Of a DNA stretch of 64,000 nt, positions 24,101-38,700 are shown piece after piece. Position 1 is the stretch's first letter. Every line of letters begins with the position of its first letter. The stretch covers positions 56,484,001 through 56,548,000 of the forward strand of contig CM059438.1 in NCBI GenBank assembly GCA_030390025.1, in the 5' to 3' direction. This stretch comes from Squalus acanthias (Eukaryota). Below the pieces are notes generated by a model. It did not search any database and was not told where the DNA came from. It saw only the letters and a list, made by a program, of their open reading frames with translations. A program made the translations under genes and the position numbers.

Positions 24101-27100
24101 AGTGTGTATATCTATTAGAGGCAGTGTGTATCATTGAGGGTGTATATCTATTAGAGGCAGTGTGTACCATTCACTTTGTATATCTATTAGAGGCAGTGTG
24201 TGTCATTCAGTGTGTATATCTATTAGAGGCAGTGTGTACCATTCAGTGTGTATATCTATTAGTGGCAGTGTGTATCATTCAGAGTGAATAACTATTAGAG
24301 GCAGTGTGTAACATTCAGTGGGAATATCTATTAGAGGCAGTGTGTACCATTCACTGTGTATATCTATCAGAGGCAGTGTGTACCATTCAGTGTGTATATC
24401 TATTAGAGGCAGTGTGTATCATTCGGTGTGAATATCTATTAGAGGCAGTGTGTATCATTCTGTGTGAATAACTATTAGAGGCAGTGTGTAACATTCAGTG
24501 TGAATATCTATTAGAGGCTGTGTGTCCCATTCAGTGTGTATATCTATTAGAGGCAGTGTGTACCATTCAGTGTGTATATCTATTAGAGGCAGTCTGTACC
24601 ATTCAGTGTGTATACCTATTAGAGGCAGTGTGTACCATTCAGTGTGAATATCTATGAGAGGCAGTGTGTACCATTCAGTGTGTATATCTAGTAGAGGCAG
24701 TATGTACCATTCAGTGTGTATATCTATTAGAGGCAGTGTGTATCATTCAGTGTGAATATCTATTAGAGGCAGTGTGTAACAATCAGTGTGTATATCTATT
24801 AGAGGCAGTGTGTACCATTCAGTGTGTATATCTATTAGAGGCAGTGTGTACCATTCAGTGTGTATATCTATTAGAGGCAGTGTGTACCATTCAGTGTGAA
24901 TATCTATTTGAGGCAGTGTGTACCATTCAGTGTGAATATCTATTAGAGGCAGTGTGTACCATTCAGTGTGAATATCTGTTAGAGGTATTGTGTACCATTC
25001 ACTGTGTATATCTATTAGAGGCAGTGTGTACCATTCAGTGTGTATGTCTATTAGTGGCAGTGTGTACCATTCAGTGTGTATATCTATTAGAGGCAGTGTG
25101 TACTATTCAGTGTGTATATCTATTAGAGGCAGTGTGTATCATTCAGTGTGTGTATATCTATTAGAGGGAGTGGGTATCATTCAGTGTGTGTATATCTATT
25201 AGAGGGAGTGGGTATCATTCACTGTGCATATCTATTAGAGGCAGGGTGTATCATTGAGGGTGTATATCTATCAGAGGCAGTGTGTGTCATTCAGTGGGTA
25301 TATCTATTAGAGGCAGTGTGTATCATTGAAGGTGTATATCTATCAGAGGCAGTGTGTATCATTGAGTGTGTATATCTATTAGAGGCAGTGTGTACCATTC
25401 AGTGTGTATATCTATTAGAGGCAGTGTGTATCATTCAGTGTGTCTATCTATTAGAGGCAGTGTGTACCATTCAGCGTGTATATCTATTAGAGTCAGTGTG
25501 TACCATTCACTATATCTATTAGAGGCAGTGTGTACCATTCAGTGTGTATATCTATTAGAGGCAGTGTGTACCAATCAGTGTGTATATCTATTAGAGGCAG
25601 TGTGTATCATTCACTGTGTATATCTATTAGAGCCAGTGTGTATCATTGAGTGTGTATATCTATTAAAGGCTGTGTGTACCATTCACTGTGTATATCTATT
25701 AGAGGCAGTGTGTATCATTCAGTGTGTATATCTATTAGTGGCAGTGTGTACCATTCACTGAGTATATCTATTAGAGGCAGGGTGTATCATTGATTGTGTA
25801 TATCTATTAGAGGCAGTGCGTACTATTCACTGCGTATATCTATTAGAGGCAGTGTGTACCATTCACTGTTTATATCTATTGGAGCCAGTGTGTATCATTG
25901 AGTGTGTATATCTATTAGAGGCAGCGTGTACCATTCACTGTGTATATCTATTAGAGGCAGTGTGTACCATTCAGTGTGTATATCTATTAGAGGCAGTGTG
26001 TATCATTGAGGGTGTATATCTATTAGAGGCAGTGTGTACCATTCACTTTGTATATCTATTAGAGGCAGTGTGTACAATTCAGTCTTTATATCTATTAGAG
26101 ACAGTGTGGACCATTCAATGTGTACATCTATTACACGCAGTGTGTACCATTCAGTGTGAATATCTATTAGAGGCAGTGTGTACCATTCAGTGTGATTATC
26201 TATTAGAGGCAGTGTGTACCATTCACTGTGTATATCTATTAGAGGCAGTGTGTACCATTCAGTGTGTATATCTATTAGAGGCAGTGTGTACCATTCAGTG
26301 TGAATATCTATTAGAGGCAGTGTGTACCATTCACTGTGTATATCTATTAGAGGCAGTGTGTACCATTCAGTGTGTATATCTATTAGAGGCAGTGTGTGTC
26401 ATTCAGTGTGTATATCTATTAGAGGCAGTGTGTACCATTCACTTTGTATATCTATTAGTGGCAGTGTGTATCATTCAGTGTGAATAACTATTAGAGGCAG
26501 TGTGTAACATTCAGTGTGAATATCTATTAGAGGCAGTGTGTACCATTCACTGTGTATATCTATCAGAGGCAGTGTGTATCATTCGGTGTGTATATCTATT
26601 AGAGCCAGTGTGTACCATTCAGTGTGTATATCTGTTAGAGGCAGTGTGTACCATTCAGTGTGTCTATCTATGAGAGGCAGTGTGTACCATTCGGTGGGTA
26701 TATCTATTAGAGGCAGTGTGTATCATTCGGTGTGAATATCTATTAGAGGCAGTGTGTACCATTCAGTGTGTTTATCTATTGGAGGCAGTGTGTATCATTC
26801 AGTGTGAATATCTATTAGAGGCAGCGCGTAACATTCAGTGTGAATATCTAATAGAGGCAGTGTGTACCATTCAGTGTGTATATCTCTTAGAGGCAGTGTG
26901 TACCATTCAGTGTGTATATCTATTAGAGGCAGTGTACCATTCAGTGTGTATATCTATTAGAGGCCGTGTGTACCATTCACTGTGTATATCTATTAGAGGC
27001 AGTGTGTACCATTCACTGTGTATATCTATTAGAGGCAGTGTGTACCATTCAGTGTGAATATCTATTTGAGGCAGTGTGTACCATTCACTGTGTATATCTA

Positions 27101-29935
27101 TTAGAGGCAATGTGTACCATTCAGTGTGTATATCTATTAGAGGCAGTGTGTACCATTCAGTGTGAATATCTATTAGAGGTAGTGTGTACCATTCACTGTG
27201 TATATCTATTAGAGGCAGTGTGTATCATTCAGTGTGTATATCTATTAGAGGCAGTGTGTACCATTCAGTGTGTATATCTTTAACAGGCAGTGTGTACCAT
27301 TCGGTGGGTATATCTATTAGAGGCAGTGTGTACCATTCGGTGGGTATATCTATTAGAGGCAGTGTGTACCATTCAGTGTGTTTATCTATTACAGGCAGTG
27401 TGTATCATTCAGTGAGTATATCTATTAGAGGCAGTGTGTATCATTCAGTGTGTATCTCTATTAGAGGCAGAGTGTATCATTCAGTGTGTGTATATCTATT
27501 TGAGGGAGTGGGTATCATTCAGTGTGTGAATATCTATTAGAGGGAGTGGGTATCATTCAGTGTGTATATCTATTAGAGGCAGGGTGTATCATTGAGGGTG
27601 TATATCAATTAGAGGCAGTGTGTGTCATTCAGTGGGTATATCTATTAGAGGCAGTGTGTATCATTGAAGGTGTATATCTATTAGAGGCAGTGTGTATCAT
27701 TGAGTGTGTATATCTATTAGAGGCAGTGTGTACCATTCAGTGTGTATATCTATTGGAGGCAGTGTGTATCATTCAGTGTGTATATCTATTAGAGGCAGTG
27801 TGTACCATTCAGCGTGTATATCTATTAGAGGCAGTGCGTACCATTCACTGCGTATATCTATTAGAGGCAGTGTGTACCATTCACTGTTTATATCTATTAG
27901 AGCCAGTGTGTATCATTGAGTGTGTATATCTATTAGAGGCAGTGTGTACCATTCACTGTGTATATCTATTAGAGGCAGTGTGTACCATTCAGTGTGTATA
28001 TCTATTAGAGGCAGTGTATATCATTGAGGGTGTATATCTATTAGAGGCAGTGTGTACCATTCACTTTGTATATCTATTAGAGGCAGTGTGTGTCATTCAG
28101 TGTGTATATCTATTAGAGGCAGTGTGTATCATTCAGTGTGTATCTCTATTAGAGGCAGAGTGTATCATTCAGTGTGTGTATATCTATTTGAGGGAGTGGG
28201 TATCATTCAGTGTGTGAATATCTATTAGAGGGAGTGGGTATCATTCAGTGTGTATATCTATTAGAGGCAGGGTGTATCATTGAGGGTGTATATCAATTAG
28301 AGGCAGTGTGTGTCATTCAGTGGGTATATCTATTAGAGGCAGTGTGTATCATTGAAGGTGTATATCTATTAGAGGCAGTGTGTATCATTGAGTGTGTATA
28401 TCTATTAGAGGCAGTGTGTACCATTCAGTGTGTATATCTATTGGAGGCAGTGTGTATCATTCAGTGTGTATATCTATTAGAGGCAGTGTGTACCATTCAG
28501 CGTGTATATCTATTAGAGGCAGTGCGTACCATTCACTGCGTATATCTATTAGAGGCAGTGTGTACCATTCACTGTTTATATCTATTAGAGCCAGTGTGTA
28601 TCATTGAGTGTGTATATCTATTAGAGGCAGTGTGTACCATTCACTGTGTATATCTATTAGAGGCAGTGTGTACCATTCAGTGTGTATATCTATTAGAGGC
28701 AGTGTATATCATTGAGGGTGTATATCTATTAGAGGCAGTGTGTACCATTCACTTTGTATATCTATTAGAGGCAGTGTGTGTCATTCAGTGTGTATATCTA
28801 TTAGAGGCAGTGTGTACCATTCAGTGTGTATATCTATTAGTGGCAGTGTGTATCATTCAGTGTGAATAACTATTAGAGGGAGTGGGTATCATTCAGTGTG
28901 TATATCTATTAGAGGCAGGGTGTATCATTGAGGGTGTATATCAATTAGAGGCAGTGTGTGTCATTCAGTGTGTATATCTATTAGAGGCAGTGTGTATCAT
29001 TGAAGGTGTATATCTATTAGAGGCAGTGTGTATCATTGAGTGTGTATATCTATTAGAGGCAGTGTGTAACATTCAGTGTGTATATCTATTAGAGGCAGTG
29101 TGTATCATTCAGTGTGTCTATCTATTAGAGGCAGTGTGTACCATTCAGCGTGTATATCTATAAGAGTCAGTGTGTACCATTCACTGTGTATATCTACTAG
29201 AGGCAGTGAACACCATTCAGTGTGTATATCTATTGGAGGCAGTGTGTACCATTCAGTGTGTATATCTATTAGAGTCAATGTGTACCATTCACTGTGTATA
29301 TCTATTAGAGGCAGTGTGTATCATTCAGTGTGTATATCTATTAGAGGCAGTGTGTACCAATCAGTGTGTATATCTATTAGACGCAGTGTGCATCATTCAG
29401 TGTGTATATCTATTAGAGCCAGTGTGTATCATTGAGTGTGTATATCTATTAAAGGCTGTGTGTACCATTCACTGTGTATATCTATTAGAAGCAGTGTGTA
29501 TCATTCAGTGTGTATATCTATTAGTGGCAGTGTGTACCATTCACTGTGTATATCTATTAGAGGCAGTGTGTATCATTGAGTGTGTATATCTATTAGAGGC
29601 AGTGCGTACCATTCACTGTGTATATCTATTAGAGGCAGTGTGTACCATTCACTGTTTATATCTATTAGAGCCAGTGTGTATCATTGAGTGTGTATATCTA
29701 TTAGAGGCAGTGTGTACCATTCACTGTGTATATCTATTAGAGGCAGTGTGTACCATTCAGTGTGTATATCTATTAGAGGCAGTGTGTATCATTGAGGGTG
29801 TATATCTATTAGAGGCAGTGTGTACCATTCACTTTGTATATCTATTAGAGGCAGTGTGTGTCATTCAGTGTGTATATCTATTAGAGGCAGTGTGTACCAT
29901 TCAGTGTGTATATCTATTAGTGGCAGTGTGTATCA

Positions 29936-32765
29936 CTGTAATACAGAGTAATGATATTGGGTCAAAAAATCATGATAATGAAACAGTTTGGGTGGAGATA
30001 AGGAATAATAAGGGGAAAAAAACATTAGTGGGCGTAGTCTATAGGCCTCCGAACAGTTGCAACTCTATTGGACGGAGTATCAATCAGGAAATAGTTGAGG
30101 CATGTAATAAGGGAACATCTATAATTATGGGGGATTTTAACTATCATATTAATTGGACAAATCAAATGGGGCAGGGCTGCCTTGAGGATGAGTTCATTGA
30201 GTGTATTAGGGATGGGTTTCTTGAGCAGTATGTAACTGAACCGACCAGGGGGCAAGCAACCTTAGATCTGGTCCTGTGTAACGAGACAGGATTAATTAAA
30301 AATGTCCTAGTAAAGGATCCCCTTGGAATGAGTGACCATAACATGGTTGAATTCCATATTCAATTAGAGGGTGAGAAGGTTGGATCTCAAACAAGCGTGC
30401 TAAGCTTGAATAAAGGAGACTATGAAGGTATGCGAGCGGAATTGAGTAGAGTGGATTGGGAAAATAGATTAAAGGGTAAGACGACACATGATCAGTGGTG
30501 TACATTCAAGGAGTTATTTTACAACTTCCAAAAAAAATATATTCCACTGAAAAGAAAAGGGTGTAAAAGAAAGGACAGTCATCCGTGGCTAAGTAAAGAA
30601 ATTAAGGATAGTATTCGACTAAAAACAAGGGCATATAAGGTAGCGAAATCTAGTGGGAGGACAGAGGATTGGGAAAACTTTAAAAGGCAGCAAAAAATAA
30701 CAAAAAGATTGATTAAGAAAGGGAAGATAGATTATGAAAGTAAATTAGCAAAAAATATAAAAACAGATAGTAAGAGTTTTTATAGTTATATAAAAAGAAA
30801 AAGGGTGGCTAAAGTAAATGTTGGTCCCTTAGAGGATGAGACCGGGAAATTAATGGTGGGAAATATGGAGATGGCAAAAACACTGAATGAATATTTTGTA
30901 TCAGTCTTTACAGTAGAGAACACTAAGAATATCCCAACACTGGACAAACAGGGGGCTATAGGGGGAGAGGAGCTAAACACGATCAAAATCACTAAGGAAG
31001 TGGTACTCGGTAAAATAATGGGACTCAAGGCGGATAAATCACCTGGACCTGATGGCTTACATCCTAGAGTCTTGAAGGAAGTGGCGGTAGGGATTGTAGA
31101 TGCATTGGTAATAATTTTTCAAAACTCCCTGGATTCCGCTAAGGTCCCGGCAGACTGGAAAACTGCTAATGTAACACCCTTATTTAAAAAGGGCAGTAGA
31201 CAGAAGGCTGGTAACTATAGACCGGTTAGCCTAACATCTGTGGTAGGTAAAATTTTGGAGTCCATTATTAAGGATACAGTAACAGGACATTTGGATAATC
31301 ATAATTTAATAGGACAAAGTCAGCATGGTTTTACGAAGGGGAAGTCATGTTTGACAAATTTGCTGGAGTTCTTTGAGGAAGTAACATATAGAGTGGATAA
31401 AGGGGAACCAGTGGACGTAGTGTATTTAGACTTCCAAAAGGCATTTGACAAGGTGCCACACAAAAGATTATTGCTTAAGGTAAAAAATCACGGGATTGGG
31501 GGTAATATTCTGGCATGGATAGAGGATTGGCTATCTAACAGAAAGCAAAGAGTTGGGATAAATGGTTCATTCTCAGACTGGCAATCAGTAACTAGTGGTG
31601 TTCCACAGGGGTCAGTGCTGGGTCCCCAACTCTTCACAATCTATATTAACGATTTGGAGGAAGGGACCAAGTGTAACATATCAAAATTTGCAGATGATAC
31701 AAAGATGGGAGGGAAAGTAGTGAATGAGGAGGACATAAAAAACCTGCAAGGGGACATAGACAGGCTAAGTAAGTGGGCAGAGATTTGGCAGATGGAATAC
31801 AACACTGGAAAGTGTGAGGTGATGCACTTTGGCAGGAAAAATCCTAGAGCAATTTATTATCTTAATGGCAAGAAACTGGAGAGTACTGAAGTGCAAAGGG
31901 ATCTGGGGGTCCTGGTGCACGAAACTCAAAAGGTTAGTATGCAGGTGCAGCAAGTGATTAAGAAGGCAAATGGAATGTTGGCTTTCATTGCTAGGGGGAT
32001 AGAATATAAAAATAGGGAGGTATTGCTTCAGTTGTACAAGGTATTGGTGAGACCGCACCTAGAATACTGCATACAGTTTTGGTGTCCTTACTTAAGGAAA
32101 GACATCCTTGCTCTCGAGGCAGTGCAAAAAAGGTTCACTCGGTTAATCCCGGGGATGAGGGGGTGGTCATATGAGGAGAGGTTGGGTAGATTGGGACTCT
32201 ACTCATTGGAGTTCAGAAGAATGAGAGGCGATCTTATTGAAACATATAAGATTGTGAAGGGGTTGGATCGGGTGGATGCGGGGAGGATGTTCCCGATGAC
32301 GGGTGAGACGAGAACTAGGGGACATAGTCTTAGAATAAGGGGCTGCTCTTTCAAAACTGAGATGAGGAGGAACTACTTCACTCAGAGGGTGGTAGGTCCA
32401 TGGAATATGCTGCCACAAAAAGCTGTAGAAGCTACAACATTAATTAAATTTAAAACAGAAATAGACAGTTTCCTAGAAGTAAAGGGCATTAAGGGTTACG
32501 GGGAGCGGGCAGGAATTTGGACATGAGTCTAGGTTCGGATCGGTCATGGCCCTGTGGGTAGTGGAGCGGGCCCAGGGACTGTGTAGCCTGATTCTGCTCC
32601 TATTTCGTGTGTGCAATTCTGTTAGATGCAGGAGATGGTTCTGTGATAGATAGTAGATTGGCGGTTAGGATCAGATCAGCCATGATCTTATTGAATGGCG
32701 GAGCAGGCTCGAGGGGCCGATTGGCCTACTCCTGCTCCTATTTCTTATGTTCTTATGTTCTTATG
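29936..32765 (+). mobile_element. 5'-truncated CR1 LINE, copy A (partial APE endonuclease + RT, uninterrupted ORF2 to 32526)
   Basis: APE motifs GVVYRPP, GDFN, LDLVL, SDH; RT motifs QGSVLGP, FADD; (TTCTTATG)3 tail. Short TSD/microhomology TGTATCA at 29929-29935 and 32764-32770. Confidence 0.97.
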
Positions 32766-35700
32766 TATCATTCAGTGTGAATAACTATTAGAGGCAGTGT
32801 GTAACATTCAGTGGGAATATCTATTAGAGGCAGTGTGTACCATTCACTGTGTATATCTATCAGAGGCAGTGTGTACCATTCAGTGTGTATATCTATTAGA
32901 GGCAGTGTGTATCATTCGGTGTGAATATCTATTAGAGGCAGTGTGTATCATTCTGTGTGAATAACTATTAGAGGCAGTGTGTAACATTCAGTGTGAATAT
33001 CTATTAGAGGCTGTGTGTCCCATTCAGTGTGTATATCTATTAGAGGCAGTGTGTACCATTCAGTGTGTATATCTATTAGAGGCAGTGTGTACCATTCAGT
33101 GTGAATATCTATTTGAGGCAGTGTGTACCATTCAGCGTGAATATCTATTAGAGGCAGTGTGTACCATTCAGTGTGAATATCTGTTAGATGTATTGTGTAC
33201 CATTCACTGTGTATATCTATTAGAGGCAGTGTGTACCATTCAGTGTGTATGTCTATTAGTGGCAGTGTGTACCATTCAGTGTGTATATCTATTAGAGGCA
33301 GGGTGTATCATTGAGGGTGTATATCAATTAGAGGCAGTGTGTGTCATTCAGTGTGTATATCTATTAGAGGCAGTGTGTATCATTGAAGGTGTATATCTAT
33401 TAGAGGCAGTGTGTATCATTGAGTGTGTATATCTATTAGAGGCAGTGTGTACCATTCAGTGTGTATATCTATTAGAGGCAGTGTGTACCATTCAGTGTGA
33501 ATATCTGTTTGAGGCAGTGTGTACCATTCACTGTGTATATCTATTAGAGGCAGTGTGTACCATTCAGTGTGTATATCTATTAGAGGCAGTGTGTACCATT
33601 CAGTGTGAATATCTATTAGACGTAGTGTGTACCATTCACTGTGTATATCTATTAGAGGCAGTGTGTATCATTCAGTGTGTATATCTATTAGAGGCAGTGT
33701 GTACCATTCAGGGTGTATATCTTTTACAGGCAGTGTGTACCATTCAGTGGGTATATCTATTAGAGGCAGTGTGTACCATTCGGTGGGTATATCTATTAGA
33801 GGCAGTGTGTACCATTCAGTGTGTTTATCTATTAGAGGCAGTGTGTATCATTCAGTGAGTATATCTATTAGAGGCAGTGTGTACCATTCAGTGTGTATCT
33901 CTATTAGAGGCAGTGTGTACCATTCAGTGAGTATATCTATTAGAGGCAGTGTGTACTATTCAGTGTGTATATCTATTAGAGGCAGAGTGTATCATTCAGT
34001 GTGTGTATATCTATTAGAGGGAGTGGGTATCATTCAGTGTGTGAATATCTATTAGAGGGAGTGGGTATCATTCAGTGTGTATATCTATTAGAGGCAGGGT
34101 GTATCATTGAGGGTGTATATCAATTAGAGGCAGTGTGTGTCATTCAGTGTGTATATCTATTAGAGGCAGTGTGTATCATTGAAGGTGTATATCTATTAGA
34201 GGCAGTGTGTATCATTGAGTGTGTATATCTATTAGAGGCAGTGTGTACCATTCAGTGTGTATATCTATTAGAGGCAGTGTGTATCATTCAGTGTGTCTAT
34301 CTATTAGAGGCAGTGTGTACCATTCAGCGTGTATATCTATAAGAGTCAGTGTGTACCATTCACTGTGTATATCTATTAGAGGCAGTGTGCACCATTCAGT
34401 GTGTATATCTATTGGAGGCTGTGTGTACCATTCAGTGTGTATATCTATTAGAGTCAATGTGTACCATTCACTGTGTATATCTATTAGAGGCAGTGTGTAT
34501 CATTCAGTGGGTATATCTATTAGAGGCAGTGTGTACCAATCAGTGTGTATATCTATTAGACGCAGTGTGCATCATTCAGTGTGTATATCTATTCGAGCCA
34601 GTGTGTATCATTGAGTGTGTATATCTATTAAAGGCTGTGTGTACCATTCACTGTGTATATCTATTAGAAGCAGTGTGTATCATTCAGTGTGTATATCTAT
34701 TAGTGGCAGTGTGTACCATTCACTGTGTATATCTATTAGAGGCAGTGTGTATCATTGAGTGTGTATATCTATTAGAGGCAGTGCGTACCATTCACTGCGT
34801 ATATCTATTAGAGGCAGTGTGTACCATTCACTGTTTATATCTATTAGAGCCAGTGTGTATCATTGAGTGTGTAAATCTATTAGAGGCAGTGTGTACCATT
34901 CACTGTGTATATCTATTAGAGGCAGTGTGTACCATTCAGTGTGTATATCTATTAGAGGCAGTGTGTATCATTGAGGGTGTATATCTATTAGAGGCAGTGT
35001 GTACCATTCACTTTGTATATCTATTAGAGGCAGTGTGTGTCATTCAGTGTGTATATCTATTAGAGGCAGTGTGTACCATTCAGTGTGTATATCTATTAGT
35101 GGCAGTGTGTATCATTCAGTGTGAATAACTATTAGAGGCAGTGTGTAACATTCAGTGGGAATATCTATTAGAGGCAGTGTGTACCATTCACTGTGTATAT
35201 CTATCAGAGGCAGTGTGTACCATTCAGTGTGTATATCTATTAGAGGCAGTGTGTATCATTCGGTGTGAATATCTATTAGAGGCAGTGTGTATCATTCTGT
35301 GTGAATAACTATTAGAGGCAGTGTGTAACATTCAGTGTGAATATCTATTAGAGGCTGTGTGTCCCATTCAGTGTGTATATCTATTAGAGGCAGTGTGTAC
35401 CATTCAGTGTGTATATCTATTAGAGGCAGTCTGTACCATTCAGTGTGTATACCTATTAGAGGCAGTGTGTACCATTCAGTGTGAATATCTATGAGAGGCA
35501 GTGTGTACCATTCAGTGTGTATATCTAGTAGAGGCAGTATGTACCATTCAGTGTGTATATCTATTAGAGGCAGTGTGTATCATTCAGTGTGAATATCTAT
35601 TAGAGGCAGTGTGTAACAATCAGTGTGTATATCTATTAGAGGCAGTGTGTACCATTCAGTGTGTATATCTATTAGAGGCAGTGTGTACCATTCAGTGTGT

Positions 35701-38700
35701 ATATCTATTAGAGGCAGTGTGTACCATTCAGTGTGAATATCTATTTGAGGCAGTGTGTACCATTCAGTGTGAATATCTATTAGAGGCAGTGTGTACCATT
35801 CAGTGTGAATATCTGTTAGAGGTATTGTGTACCATTCACTGTGTATATCTATTAGAGGCAGTGTGTACCATTCAGTGTGTATGTCTATTAGTGGCAGTGT
35901 GTACCATTCAGTGTGTATATCTATTAGAGGCAGTGTGTACTATTCAGTGTGTATATCTATTAGAGGCAGTGTGTATCATTCAGTGTGTGTATATCTATTA
36001 GAGGGAGTGGGTATCATTCAGTGTGTGTATATCTATTAGAGGGAGTGGGTATCATTCACTGTGCATATCTATTAGAGGCAGGGTGTATCATTGAGGGTGT
36101 ATATCTATCAGAGGCAGTGTGTGTCATTCAGTGGGTATATCTATTAGAGGCAGTGTGTATCATTGAAGGTGTATATCTATCAGAGGCAGTGTGTATCATT
36201 GAGTGTGTATATCTATTAGAGGCAGTGTGTACCATTCAGTGTGTATATCTATTAGAGGCAGTGTGTATCATTCAGTGTGTCTATCTATTAGAGGCAGTGT
36301 GTACCATTCAGCGTGTATATCTATTAGAGTCAGTGTGTACCATTCACTATATCTATTAGAGGCAGTGTGTACCATTCAGTGTGTATATCTATTAGAGGCA
36401 GTGTGTACCAATCAGTGTGTATATCTATTAGAGGCAGTGTGTATCATTCACTGTGTATATCTATTAGAGCCAGTGTGTATCATTGAGTGTGTATATCTAT
36501 TAAAGGCTGTGTGTACCATTCACTGTGTATATCTATTAGAGGCAGTGTGTATCATTCAGTGTGTATATCTATTAGTGGCAGTGTGTACCATTCACTGAGT
36601 ATATCTATTAGAGGCAGGGTGTATCATTGATTGTGTATATCTATTAGAGGCAGTGCGTACTATTCACTGCGTATATCTATTAGAGGCAGTGTGTACCATT
36701 CACTATTTATATCTATTGGAGCCAGTGTGTATCATTGAGTGTGTATATCTATTAGAGGCAGCGTGTACCATTCACTGTGTATATCTATTAGAGGCAGTGT
36801 GTACCATTCAGTGTGTATATCTATTAGAGGCAGTGTGTATCATTGAGGGTGTATATCTATTAGAGGCAGTGTGTACCATTCACTTTGTATATCTATTAGA
36901 GGCAGTGTGTACAATTCAGTCTTTATATCTATCAGAGACAGTGTGGACCATTCAATGTGTACATCTATTACACGCAGTGTGTACCATTCAGTGTGAATAT
37001 CTATTAGAGGCAGTGTGTACCATTCAGTGTGAATATCTATTAGAGGCAGTGTGTACCATTCACTGTGTATATCTATTAGAGGCAGTGTGTACCATTCAGT
37101 GTGTATATCTATTAGAGGCAGTGTGTACCATTCAGTGTGAATATCTATTAGAGGCAGTGTGTACCATTCACTGTGTATATCTATTAGAGGCAGTGTGTAC
37201 CATTCAGTGTGTATATCTATTAGAGGCAGTGTGTACCATTCAGTGTGAATATCTGTTTGAGGCAGTGTGTACCATTCACTGTGTATATCTATTAGAGGCA
37301 GTGTGTACCATTCAGTGTGAATATCTATTAGACGTAGTGTGTACCATTCACTGTGTATATCTATTAGAGGCAGTGTGTATCATTCAGTGTGTATATCTAT
37401 TAGAGGCAGTGTGTACCATTCAGGGTGTATATCTTTTACAGGCAGTGTGTACCATTCAGTGGGTATATCTATTAGAGGCAGTGTGTACCATTCGGTGGGT
37501 ATATCTATTAGAGGCAGTGTGTACCATTCAGTGTGTTTATCTATTAGAGGCAGTGTGTATCATTCAGTGAGTATATCTATTAGAGGCAGTGTGTATCATT
37601 CAGTGTGTATCTCTATTAGAGGCAGTGTGTACCATTCAGTGAGTATATCTATTAGAGGCAGTGTGTACTATTCAGTGTGTATATCTATTAGAGGCAGAGT
37701 GTATCATTCAGTGTGTGTATATCTATTAGAGGGAGTGGGTATCATTCAGTGTGTGAATATCTATTAGAGGGAGTGGGTATCATTCAGTGTGTATATCTAT
37801 TAGAGGCAGGGTGTATCATTGAGGGTGTATATCAATTAGAGGCAGTGTGTGTCATTCAGTGTGTATATCTATTAGAGGCAGTGTGTATCATTGAAGGTGT
37901 ATATCTATTAGAGGCAGTGTGTATCATTGAGTGTGTATATCTATTAGAGGCAGTGTGTACCATTCAGTGTGTATATCTATTAGAGGCAGTGTGTATCATT
38001 CAGTGTGTCTATCTATTAGAGGCAGTGTGTACCATTCAGCGTGTATATCTATAAGAGTCAGTGTGTACCATTCACTGTGTATATCTATTATAGGCAGTGT
38101 GCACCATTCAGTGTGTATATCTATTGGAGGCTGTGTGTACCATTCAGTGTGTATATCTATTAGAGTCAATGTGTACCATTCACTGTGTATATCTATTAGA
38201 GGCAGTGTGTATCATTCAGTGTGTATATCTATTAGAGGCAGTGTGTACCAATCAGTGTGTATATCTATTAGACGCAGTGTGCATCATTCAGTGTGTATAT
38301 CTATTAGAGCCAGTGTGTATCATTGAGTGTGTATATCTATTAAAGGCTGTGTGTACCATTCACTGTGTATATCTATTAGAAGCAGTGTGTATCATTCAGT
38401 GTGTATATCTATTAGTGGCAGTGTGTACCATTCACTGTGTATATCTATTAGAGGCAGTGTGTATCATTGAGTGTGTATATCTATTAGCGGCAGTGCGTAC
38501 CATTCACTGCGTATATCTATTAGAGGCAGTGTGTACCATTCACTGTTTATATCTATTAGAGCCAGTGTGTATCATTGAGTGTGTAAATCTATTAGAGGCA
38601 GTGTGTACCATTCACTGTGTATATCTATTAGAGGCAGTGTGTACCATTCAGTGTGTATATCTATTAGAGGCAGTGTGTATCATTGAGGGTGTATATCTAT

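Noticed and set aside
29170..32526. 1118-aa 'repeat-RT fusion protein' (also 44185 and 49760; similarly 6733..8247)
   Set aside because: Chance in-frame junction of an open satellite frame with a truncated CR1 ORF2. No ATG or promoter evidence, and the endonuclease N-terminus is missing. The three copies are one event duplicated.
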